Assembly: GCF_036971445.1 (NCBI RefSeq)
Contig: NC_091473.1
Span: 180,916,001-180,980,000, forward strand
Direction of reading: 5' to 3'
Length of the DNA stretch: 64,000 bases
Source of the DNA: Narcine bancroftii
Lineage: Eukaryota
Made by a program: the position numbers and the translations under genes. Positions within the stretch are counted from its first letter, which is position 1. Every line of letters begins with the position of its first letter. Below the pieces are notes generated by a model that saw only the letters and a list, made by a program, of their open reading frames with translations, had not been told where the DNA came from and made no database searches. This document shows positions 26,423-37,619 of the stretch, in pieces.

Positions 26423-29176
26423 AATACTCTGGATTTATGAAGGCCAATGTGCCAAAAGCTCTCTTTACAACCCTGTCCACCTGTGACGCCACTTTCAGGG
26501 AATTTTGTATTCCCAGGTCCCTCTGTTCCACCGCACTCCTCAGTGGCCAACTGTTTACCATGTCTGTCCTTCCAAAATGCAACACCTTGCACTTGTCTGC
26601 ATTCAATTCCATTTGCCATTTTGCAGCCCATTATCCCAGCTGGTATTAACTGGAGTAGAGGCTGGGAAACTGGGGTACACACAGAACGCAGCAGGTCAGT
26701 GTTCATGGAAACCAGGAATGGAAGCTGTCTGGACCCTGTTCATCCAGCACCTTGTGTGTTGTGTGACACTGACGAGGCCATGAGTATTAGCCTCAAACTG
26801 ACAGTGTGAGACTGACCCTCCATTCCCTCTGCATCATCCCCCTCTGCTTCCCCTGACAGAAGCCACTTCAATTCACTCTGAGTGAAATCCCAAATGGGCC
26901 AAATCCAAGACCATGAACTGCATCGCTGGCCCCTTCATCACTGCTGCATCTGAAGTGTGCAGTTTTGGTCACCAAACTACAGGAAAGAGATCAATGAGGT
27001 AGAAAGAGGGCAGAGAAGATTTACTTGGATGTGGAACAAGCTGAAGTGGTGAATGCAGGCTCAATTTGAACATTTAAGTGGAATTAGGACAGGTACATGT
27101 ATGGGAGGGGAATGGAGGGACATGGACTGGGTGCAGGTCAGTGGTTCTGGGCAGAATTATAGTTCAGCACAGTCTAGAAGGACTGAAGGGCGTTTCTGGT
27201 TCCAATAAAGGAATCTTGCAGAAGAGGGAGAGTGCTGTGGAGGGGGCATTAATGCCAGATCCCCCTGCTCGCAGAAGAACCTTCCCGACTGTACAGGTCA
27301 AAAACAGGGAACCAGAAGTCAGAGTGTGGGAACTTACCTGTTTAACGCGGGCCAGGCTCTGGGGATTGGACTCCCTCTGCCGGAACTGGCCAAGACCAAC
27401 AGCCGCTGATTGAAGCTGAACCTCCACTGGCTGCTCTGGCGTGTGGGATCCTGGGCAAACAGCTGCTTCATCGAAGGGAGTCCTCTCCCCACTACCCCCC
27501 CCCCCCACACACAAGTGAGGCCGTGCTCCCTGTTCCCACAAAACCCAGTCTTTCCCAGACCAACATCTTGTAAACCTTCTCCCCTACATCTCGCCACCAA
27601 GATCCAAGCAAAGGAACAGAAGTAGCAGGAGGTGGCCATTCGGCATGTCGTGCCCTGCTCTGCCATTCACTTAGATCATGGCTGATCTGATGATGGGCTC
27701 TTGCCTTTTCCCCACATCCCGTAATTCCCCAACGATGCAAAATCTACCCAACCTTGTCTTAAATACATTTACTGAGGTCGCTTCCACTGCTTCAAGGAGT
27801 AGCGAATTCCAGATTCCCCATCCTCTGGAAAAAGCATCTCCGGCCTAAATCTACTGCCTATGTCCCCTTGTCCTGGTCTTCCCTCCCAATGGGAACAACT
27901 TACCTATCTCTACCAATGACAGAGACCCTCCCAGTAGCCAAACCACTTCAGTTCTGTATCACACTCCTATGTCTGTCCCTGTCCCAAGTCCACCCAAAAA
28001 CTGGAGGAACACCACCTGTCTGTCTGGGCCCCTCCAGCCAGATAGTATTAACATCAACTTTTTCGGTTTCTGCCAACCTGCTCCCCTCTCCCCCCTTCCT
28101 TATTCACCCACCCATCCCTCCTCCCCTTGATTGCTGCTCCCCCCTTCTCCATCATCACCTGTGTCTACAGATTTTCATATTTTACCTTTTTTTTAAAAAA
28201 GCCCACCTGTCTTTTATAATTATATACGTTTTTATAAGATCCCCTCTCATTCTTCTAATATCCCAGCGAGCACAGTCCCAGCATGTACCTGTCCATTGGC
28301 CTCCTAAAGACTCTTTCGTCCCTCCCTCCACCACCGTTACCGGCAGCACATTCCATGACCCACCCTCTCTGTATGAAGAACATCCCTCTGTACTTTAACA
28401 CTATGCCCCCTTGTGTCAGCCATTTCAGCCCCAGGGGAAAAGCCTCTGGTCGTCCACACGATCAACGCCTCTCATCTTGTCCACCTCTTATCAGGTCACC
28501 CCTCGTCCTCCGTCTCTCCAAGGAGAAAAGACCACGTTCACTCAACCTCTCCTCATGAGACACACCCTCCAACCCAGGCAGTGTCCTTGTGAGCCTCCTC
28601 TGCCCGCTCTCTACAGCATCAATCTCTCCTCATAGGCCAACCCCCTCATCTCTGGGATCAACCTGGTGAACCTCCTCTGCACTGTCTCCAAAGCCAGTCC
28701 GTCCTTCCTGGAGTCAGGAGACCAGAACTGCACGCAGCTCTCCAGATGCGGCCTCACCAGGACCTTGTCCAGTCGTCTTCCCCTCTCCCTTATGTGGAGT
28801 TAGTCCATGCACTCAACATCTGCCTCATTTCTCCCCGTCGACAAGGCAAGGGTCAGGAATGTGAGGGAACGCTCCCCACTTCCCTGGCTAGAGTTAGTCC
28901 ATGCACTCAGCATCTGCCTCATTTCTTTCCCTTACCCCCCCCTCCCCCAAATACATGTCCTGCAAGAACAGAGGTAGTCATTGGCTGGGATCCATTGAGG
29001 GGGTCTCTCTTGGAAGATCGGAAATTATTGGCTAGGGCCCAACCTTGCAAGATGGGAGGTAGTCATTGACAAGGATCCACTGAGGGGAAATGGAAACCAC
29101 CTCGCAAGGTGAGATGCAGTTATTGGCCATTACAGAAAGGGGCAGCAATAAGGAAGACAGCCATTGGCTGTTTCTT

Positions 29177-29182
29177 TTTATT
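29177..29182 (-). promoter_or_regulatory. Polyadenylation signal of USF2
   Basis: AATAAA on the minus strand ~490 nt after the stop codon. Confidence 0.7.
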
Positions 29183-29668
29183 GAGTATATAATATGCCTT
29201 CAAAACATTCGCGTAATTTGTACTAAATATACACAAGTCCTTAAACATTACCCAGTCGCCCTCCCCAGTGACAACCCACCCCCACCCTCCCATGAGAACC
29301 CCACACAGTGAACGCTCAGTTCTGCCCCTCAAACTTGCACATCTCACAGAGGGCGAAATGGAAAAGATTGTCCTCGGATTTCGGGGAGGTTGGTCCATCC
29401 AGGGGTGGTGGGGGGGGAGGGGGGAAGAGAGGGTGGGGTTCAGGGGGAGGGGAGTTAGGAATGAGCAGGGTTGGGGGGATTGGGGGAGTTGTGCAGGAGT
29501 CGGGGAGAGACAGAGAGATCGGGGGAAGAGAGTCGGAGGAGGGAGACAAGGAGGGACAGAGGGGCTCCGGGTGAGAGGGAGGGGGTACGTCCGCAAGAAG
29601 GGGGGGAGGGAGGGGGAAGGTTTGCAGGGAGGGCAGGTCACGGGGTGGGAGGGAGGGGGAAATGCAGG

Positions 29669-32600
29669 CTACTGTGGGGAAACCTCGGTGACCAGCTCGA
29701 TGCCGTGCTGCTGTAACTGAGCTCGGAGAAGTGTGTTCTCATTCTTCAAGTCATCGATCTGTTAAGAGAAGGGGGGTGTGGGGAGAGGGGAGTGGAGAGA
29801 AAAGGAGGGGGTTGGAGGGGAAGGGGAGGGAAGGAGGGAGAGAGAGTAGAGGAGGGGTAGGAGGAAGGGGGGAGAGTCCTCATTACGTGCAGATGCCCAG
29901 TGTGCGCCGACCAGCACTCATCGAAGTCCCGTCCCTCCCCACAGACCCTAAATGGCCCAAGTCACTCACAGAGAGAGAGTGGGGGTAGAACGGGGACCAG
30001 GATGGTGGGAAAGGAGGGGAGCGATTAACCAGGGGACGGCTGGCAAACTCTGCACAGAGACAGGGAGATGGGGCCTTGACACAGAGGGAGGTGTTCAACA
30101 ATGCAGAGGCGAGGGGATGGGCAGGCAAGGGGAGGGGAACAGACCTGTTGCCGCAACATTTCATTGTCCATTTGCAGCCTCTCTGTTTCCTTAAAGCTCT
30201 CCTGCATTCGCTGGTTGCTTTGTCGCAGTTCCCTTATGTAGTCACACGCTTTGGAGAGGATCCCACCTTTACTCTGGGAGCAGGACAGCAGGTCAGTGTA
30301 GTACACACTCCCTCCCTCCGCACCGTCCCCTCACCCGCTCCCTCCCTCCGCACCGTCCCCTCACCCGTTCCCTCCCTCCGCACCATCCCCTCACCCGCTC
30401 CCTCCCTCCGCACCGTCCCCTCACCCGCTCCCTCCCTCCGCACCGTCCCCTCACCCGCTCCCTCCCACCGTCCCCTCACCCGCTCCCTCCGTCCCCTCAC
30501 CCGCTCCCTCCCTCCGCACCGTCCCCTCACCCGCTCCCTCCCTCCGCACCGTCCCCTCACCCGCTCCCTTCCTCCGCACCGTCCCCTCACCCGCTCCCTC
30601 CCTCCGCACCGTCCCTTCACCTGCTCCGTCCCTCCGCACCGTCCCCTCACACACTCCCTCCCTCTGCACCGTCCACTCACCCGCTCCCTCCTTCTGCACT
30701 ATCCCCTCACCCACTCCCTCCCTCCGCTGGGTATTGTGGTGGGTTGGGGTAAGGGGTCATCTCCTGATCACCTGTCCAGTCTTGGTGTTGTCAGCGTTAC
30801 AATCGGGGATAATCTTGGACAGTTGTACAATCCAGTTGTTGATCTTGTCTCTGCGCCGCCTCTCCACTGGAGGTTGGAGGGAAGGGGTTGGGGTGACGTG
30901 TGGAAGGGGAGAGAAAGTGGGAGGGGAGGGGAGAAGGAGGGAGGGAAAGGGAGAGACGAAGAGGGAGGGACGGGAGACTTTTATCACAAGCATATCCAAG
31001 GAAGCCAATCACCACCTTCCTTTGCAGGCCCATTCCAGGGTCTCTCTTCCCTCCCTTACCTCTACCTCCCCCCACCATTCACTCCCTCTCCTTTTCCTTC
31101 TATCCTCCCTCATCCCCCTCTCTGCCCCCTCCTTCTCCCCTTCCCCTTCATCCTCTCCACCCACCTTCATTGTGTTGCGCCCTCCTCCTCTCATCCCGGG
31201 GTGTGCGTGGTCCGTCAATCTTCCTGCGGGGATGGGGATGTTGGGGTGGGGGGTAGGGAAATAAAACATAAAAGAGAGTGAAGGGATGGGGTGGGAAGGG
31301 GGTTCCCTCCCTCCACCCATCACCCAGGGAGACAGCAGGAATGGGGAGGAGGTTTTGTCGAGAAGCCCACCTACTCCTTCACAGTCAGCATCCACCCTCC
31401 CATCCTCAATGCCATGCGGATGTAGGGGCCAAATATCCTGGGGCACTGGCCTCTGTTAGTCAGGGGTGGGGTGGAGGGGTGGTGAGTTCTAGAATCATGA
31501 GTCATGTGGCAGCTCTGTAATACTCTGGTTAGACCGCACTTGGAATATTGTATTCAGTTCTGGTCAGCTCATTACAGGAAGGATGTGAACGCTGTGGATA
31601 GGGGGCAGAGGAGATTCACCAGGATGTTGCCTGGATTGGAGAACGTGTCTCGTGAGGCAAGATTCGCCGAGCTGGGACTTTTCTCTCTGGAGCGAAGATG
31701 GACGAGAGGAGACAATGGAGGTCGAAAAGATTCTGAGAGGCTTAGACAGCATGGGCGGGCAGCGCCTGTTTCCCAGGGCGGGATCTGCATCTGTACAAAG
31801 TGAGGGAAGGGGAGCTGAGGTGAGACACAGAGAGCAGTGGGGGCCTGGAATGTGTAGCCGGGGGTGGGGGTGGAGGCTGGTACAATAGGAGCATTTAAAA
31901 GAGACAAACAAGGTTGGAAGAAGGGAGGAGAAGATTGTGAAGTAGGTTTGTATGGGTTGGCACGTCATTGAAGGCCGAAGGGCCTTGATGGCAGTAGAAT
32001 GTTCAATTAATTTGCTTTGTGTGTAACAGGACATGAGCTCTGGGACTGGTGAGGAGGGAGGGGTGAAACTGATCGCAGGTCCCACCCCTCCTCCCTCCAG
32101 GATCCCTCCCTCTGCAACCAGGAGACTTTTCCTTTCCCCCCTCCCCTCTCGGCGGATGCTGCTTGATGCGCCCCCCCCACCACTTGAGTTCCCACAGGAG
32201 GGAGGGTGAGGGAGGGAATGGGTTAAGCTTCCAGCAGGAGATCCAGGGTGTGCAGAGGTCAACAGGGTTGGGGAAAGAGAGGGATGGACGGACCGGGGGA
32301 AAGAGAGGGATGGACGGACCGGGGGAAAGAGAGGGATGGACGGACCGGGGGAAAGAGAGGGATGGACGGACCGGGGGAAAGAGAGGGATGGACGGACCGG
32401 GGGAAAGAGAGGGATGGACGGACCGGGGGAAAGAGAGGGATGGACGGACCGGGGGAAAGAGAGGGATGGACGGACCGGGGGAAAGAGAGGGATGGACGGA
32501 CCGGGGGAAAGAGAGGGATGGACGGACCGGGGGAAAGAGAGGGATGGACGGACCAGAGAGAGAGGGGGAAGAGAGGGATGGATGGACCAGAGGGAGAGGG

Positions 32601-35600
32601 GAATCTTAAGGGATGGAGGGAATTCCCCACCCCCAGGGCTCAGTGGGGAGGGGGAGGTGGCAAACGTACATGTTGCTGAGTTCTGGATCTTCTTTTCTGC
32701 GGAGAGAATAACAGGTCACCATAGAGACGGAGTCGCCCTCGAGAGGGACCCCCCCCTCCCTCCCTTCACTCTGGGGTGGGTGTGAAGCATCAAGACCCCC
32801 CCCCTCCCTGTCTCTGGGGTTGAGGGAGAGTCTAACGCATCCAGTTAGGGGGTCAGGGATCGAAAATTCTCCCGTCCCCAGGAAAAATCTTCTTCGTTCG
32901 CCAAAGAGGTTGGAGAAGGGGCAGGAACGTCAAAATGGCCCTCCTCCCCTCTCCCCAATCCCCTCCGTCCCTCCCCGATGTACAGAGTCCTCAGTGTGCC
33001 CCTAACTATCTGCACGAGGAATTCCTCACTCAGGGCAAACTCAGCCCCCACCCATGGGAATGGGCTGGTGGGGTGGGAGAGGCGAGGGAAGGGGTTGGGT
33101 GGGAGGTCGAGGGGGAATGTTAGGGGGAGGAGGGTGGGGAGGTAGAAGGGGATGGGTGGGGAACGAGTGAGTGGGAGAAGGTGGAAAAGAGGCAGGGGGT
33201 AGGAGAGGGGAAGAACCTGATAGAGGTTTATAAAACCACGAGGCGCAAGGATAAGGTAGACCTTCACAGTCTCCTTCCCCTAGCGATGGGGAGTCTGAAA
33301 CTATAGGGTTTGAGGGGAGGGTTTTTTTTAAAAGGGAGCAACTTCTCCACACTCAGGGGGGTGGATGAAGTGGGGGGGGGGGAATAGTCACTGTTTGGAC
33401 AGGTTCATAGGTGGGGAAGGTTTGAGGGAGAGATGCAGATTCGTGGGAGGGGAGAGGTTTCACGAGAGACCATGATGGAAGTTGAGCTGAAGGATCTGCA
33501 AAATTGTGGCCGGTGAGGGGCTGAATGGCCTCCTGTCTTCCTGTGTAACAGGGCAGAGGGGCCAAATGGCCTCTTCTGGTCTCCTGTCGATGAGCCACCT
33601 GCTCCAGTGGAGCAACACCACCATCTGGTGGCCAAGGACTCAAACTGCAGGAGGAAAGCTCCCATTCTGGGAGGGGAGTCAGTGAGCAGAATGGGGTAAG
33701 AGACAGGGAAGGGTGGAGGGTTACAGAGATACTTGGGACGATGGCAGCCACAGGGAGCAAGGAACACGGATGAAATCCTGTGTTGAGGGAGAAAAGGAAG
33801 CTCTCAAATTCTTCCCAGTGGGACAGACAGGAGAAGAGGGTTGGGGGGGAAGCAACAGGTCATGGGAGGGGCAATGAGGAGGGAACCTTTCAATATCATT
33901 GGATGTTACAGCAATTGTTTCAAAGAGGGTTCAAGGCTGGTGCAGTTCGATGGGGGGGGGGGGGGAAGTTTTAATCTTTTTTATTAATTTTTAAATTTAT
34001 CCTGAGCACTGGTTCAGCATGTCAACATTGGTACCTCCCAGCCCTTGAAAGTGAAAGATGTGTGTGTGTGTGACCTGGGAATAATTCCCCAATCATGGTG
34101 CCTGCAGTACTGGTCGCTGCCAGCAGATGGTGGCGTCGAGCCACGTAAGAGGCGGAAGCTCAGCACCACCATCTGCTGGCCAGTGGGAAAACGGCAGGCT
34201 CCTTGGGCAAGTGGTTTCAAATGTACTTACGGTGAGTAGGGATGCGTCCGTGGAGCGATCGTCCTCTGTGCGCCCGTCTGTAGAACGTCCTGTGGTGTCA
34301 TCATGACATAGAACTGTCCTGTGGAGGAGACAAAGAGTGAACTCCATCCACACCGTCCCATCACCCACTCCTGGGGTCAGACACAGAGTGAAGCTCCCTC
34401 CCCCATTACTACCCAATTGCTCCTCCTTGTCCACTCACCTCCTCCCTGACCAAGTGAGGGGTCTCCCTGGGCGGAGACCACAGCGGTGGCTCCGTCTCCA
34501 ACAGCCGATGCTGGGAAATATGTAAAGCGAGCCTCTCCTCCCACTGTGTCCGTGGACGGGCTGCCCCCATTACTGAACGGGTTCTGGATCACTGCCTGCG
34601 GGAAAAAGACACACTCGGGATCACCAGGGATCAGGAACGTGGTCACTCAGGGTCATAGAGGGGTCACTGTGGGTCAGGAATGGGGTCACAAGTGGGATCA
34701 CTCAGGGTCATCAAGGGATCACTGGGTGTAAGGAGTGGGATCACTGGGGGCTGGGAACGGGCACTCCAGGTTATAGAGGGGTCATTGCGGATCAGGAACT
34801 GGGTCATCATGGGTCTGGAGTGAGATCACCAGGGGGTCAGGAACAGGGTCACTCAGGATCATAGAGGTGTCACTGGGGGGTCAATCAGGGTCATAGAGGG
34901 GTCATTGGGGGTCAGGAGTGGGATCACTGGAGGTCAGCAATGGGGTCACTGGCGATCAGGAATGGGGTAAAAGTGGGATCACGGAGTAACAGAGGGGTCA
35001 GTTCTGGGTCATGAGTCAGTACCTTCCTTGCCTCCACTTCCTCACATCTGACCCTCCAAAGGCAGCCCCCTCCCACCCCTCTCCCCATTCCCCTCTTTGC
35101 CCTCCCCATCCACACCCCATCACCAATTCCCTTATTCCCACACCCTGACCCACCTGAGCCACTGCCTGCTGGGCTCCTGAGAAGGCAGCCGACGAGACCA
35201 CACTCACAGCTCCCGGTCCATCACTAGGACCCTCCAGTTGCCCGTCTGATACCTGCACCACCCTGTAGGTCACCTGTGGGTGAGGGGAGGTGGTTGGAGA
35301 AGTTACTGTGGTGGGGGCAAAAGTGGTGAGAAACCTCCTCCCTCTTCCACTAACACCCTCCACACCCCGTCCCCTCCCCTTGACCACCAACCCCTCCCCC
35401 TGCCATGATAACATCTTTGCAACCAGCCCCGTAGGGAGGGGCAAAATGGCCTCCCCCATATAACACATGCCAGAGGGGCTGAACGGCCACCAGTTATGCA
35501 TTACAGACTCTAGATGGGCTGAACGGACCTCTGCCTTGTACAACAGGCCGGAGAAACACTTGCGCGCACCCCCCTCCCTCGTTCCCCCTGCCAGCAAGCA

Positions 35601-37619
35601 TGGAAGATTCCATAAACAAGCCCACCCCTTCCCCGCCCCATTCCGACCTGCCCGCCATANNNNNNNNNNNNNNNNNNNNNNNNNNNNNNNNNNNNNNNNN
35701 NNNNNNNNNNNNNNNNNNNNNNNNNNNNNNNNNNNNNNNNNNNNNNNNNNNNNNNNNNNNNNNNNNNNNNNNNNNNNNNNNNNNNNNNNNNNNNNNNNNN
35801 NNNNNNNNNNNNNNNNNNNNNNNNNNNNNNNNNNNNNNNNNNNNNNNNNNNNNNNNNNNTGAAATTTCTTCAGCCACACAGTTGTGAGTCTGTGGAAACG
35901 AGGTCATTGGGTGTGTTTAACGGTATTTGATTAGGGCATCGTTACAGGGAGACGGCTGGGGAGTGGGGCTAAGTGGGAGGATGCTGGCACACTCAATGGG
36001 CTGAATGGCCTGTCTCTCCTCCTGTATCTGATCATTTCAGGGAGGTTTGTCTGGAGGTTCATCATTCGGGGTCTGCTGCCACGGGAGGGTGTGAGGCCAA
36101 TGTGGGATCCTGTGGGCATTTCTGGTCTCCTTGCTCAAAGAAGGCTTTGTTGGCCGGTGGGTGGGGAAGAGTCCTGAGGAGGTTCTCCATGTCAATGAAG
36201 GGTTTAGCCATGAGGAGAGATTGAAGTCATGTTGCAGCTCGATAATCTGTGGTGAGACCACACGTGGAAAATTGTGTTCAGTTCTGGTCGCTTCATTACA
36301 GGGAGGATGTGGAGAAGGATCAGAGAGATTCACCAGGGTGTTGCTTGGATTGGGGAATGTGTCTCATGAGGCAAGGTTCACAGAGCTGGGGCTTTTCTCT
36401 GTGGAGCGAAGATGGACGAGAGACGATAGAGGTCGACAAGATTCTGAGAGACTTAGACAGGGTGGACGGGAAGCACCTGTTTCCCAGGGCAGATTCAGCA
36501 AACACAAGAGGATGTCTGCACAAGGTGAGGGGAGGGAGGTTTAGGGGAGACACATGAGTGGTGGGGGCCTGGAATGCGTAGCCGAGTGTGGTGATGCAGG
36601 CTGGTATAATAGGGATGTTTAAAAGACTCAGACAGGCTCATGGATGTAAGAGAAATAGAGGGTTGTGGATATGAGGGAGGGAAGGGGTCAGCACAACATC
36701 ATGGGCCAAAGGGCCTCGACTGCATTCAGGCCCAAAATGTTGAATTTGTATTTTTAATCTTTAAAGTATGCAGCGTGACCTGCTGAGTTTCTCCAGCCCT
36801 GAGTTGTTACTTCAGGCCACAGGGTCTACAGTGTGTCAATGCTCTTTAAAAGTTCTCACGTTATTATTGAATGGGACAGCAGGGTTGAAGGGACTAATAG
36901 GTGAAGGAGGTTGGAAGTAAGGACGGAGAGAAGGGGGCGAGGAGGGGATACACCCCATAGACTGGAGGCCATTCAGTCCATCTCCCTGGCCTATCACCTG
37001 TAGGACGGGAGTCCATTCAGCCCCTCTATACAGCCAATCCTCATTCTTCCTGAGGCCTACCACATACCCCACCCCCTCCACAATCAGTGCACATACCCGT
37101 CTCCCCAATCGTGTGCAACACATCTCCTACCACCCCCCATTCCAGGAGTTTTGCAAACATAGATGAGATTTGAATGGAAAAAAATGCAACCCCTCCCCTC
37201 CTTAAAAATAAAACTAAATGCCATACAATGGTCTGGCTGGTCCTCCCAGTTCCCGGGGCTGGGACTGGGACCAGGACGGTCCTCCATCTCCTGAGTGGCC
37301 GGGACCCGGGACGGTCCTCCCACCCCCCGTGGCCGCATCCAGGATGGTCCTCCCAGACCCCGTGGCCGCATCCGGGATGGTCCTCCCAGTTCCCGTGGCC
37401 GTGACCCGGTTGATCCTCCCAGCCCCTGTGGCTGTGGCTTCAGTCCTGCACCCATTTTCCTGCACAACCGGCTTCTGCCCACTTGCAACCTTGCATTCGC
37501 CTTAATGCAGTAGAAAAGGCCTGCACCCTGTTCTGGCCGCCGCGCTCCCTCCCGGAACCCTACCTCTGCGGGGATCTGCGCACCTACCTGGTGTCCAGAG
37601 CTTGATCTAATATATCCAT
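29669..37619 (-). CDS. USF2: Upstream stimulatory factor 2 (bHLH-ZIP); exons 37588-37619, [2-3 not found], 35154-35273, 34439-34595, 34231-34318, 31165-31223, 30772-30866, 30145-30273, 29669-29758
   Basis: MDILDQALDT; VTYRVVQVSDGQLE; AVIQNPFSNGGSP..GEARFTYFPAS; USR QFYVMMTPQDVLQTGAQRTIAPRTHPYSP; bHLH RDERRRAQHNEVERRRRDKINNWIVQLSKIIPDC..SKGGILSKACDYIRELR; zipper to IELVTEVSPQ*. GT-AG introns with consistent phases. Confidence 0.96.
30308..30727. repeat. 30-bp minisatellite (cgctccctccctccgcaccgtcccctcacc)n in USF2 intron
   Basis: About 14 near-perfect units filling most of the intron. Confidence 0.97.
31485..32005 (+). mobile_element. CR1 LINE 3' fragment
   Basis: LVRPHLEYCIQFWSAHYRKDVNAVDRGQRRFTRMLPGLE. 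Confidence 0.9.
32270..32590. repeat. 26-bp near-perfect minisatellite (gggggaaagagagggatggacggacc)n
   Basis: About 11 almost identical units. Confidence 0.97.
35660..35859. other. Assembly gap (200 N), probably hiding USF2 exons 2-3
   Basis: Run of N between USF2 coding exon 1 and exon 4. Confidence 0.9.
36090..36720 (+). mobile_element. CR1 LINE 3' fragments
   Basis: MVRPHVENCVQFWSLHYRED..GLFSVERR..VDKILRDLDRVD. Confidence 0.85.

Noticed and set aside
26640-26800. Cys-containing stretch as a hepcidin exon
   Set aside because: No 8-Cys pattern or furin site in any frame.
27400-27471. Resemblance of MKQLFAQDPTR to the glucose-6-phosphate isomerase N-terminus
   Set aside because: Only a few residues match and no other exons of that gene are present.
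30076-31281. 401-aa plus-strand ORF
   Set aside because: Antisense to USF2 exons plus a 30-bp tandem repeat.
32163-32785. Three overlapping repetitive ORFs
   Set aside because: Stop-free 26-bp tandem repeat.
37420-37520. Possible USF2 exon 2 just after exon 1
   Set aside because: In-phase translation has no similarity to the expected acidic segment and runs into a stop.
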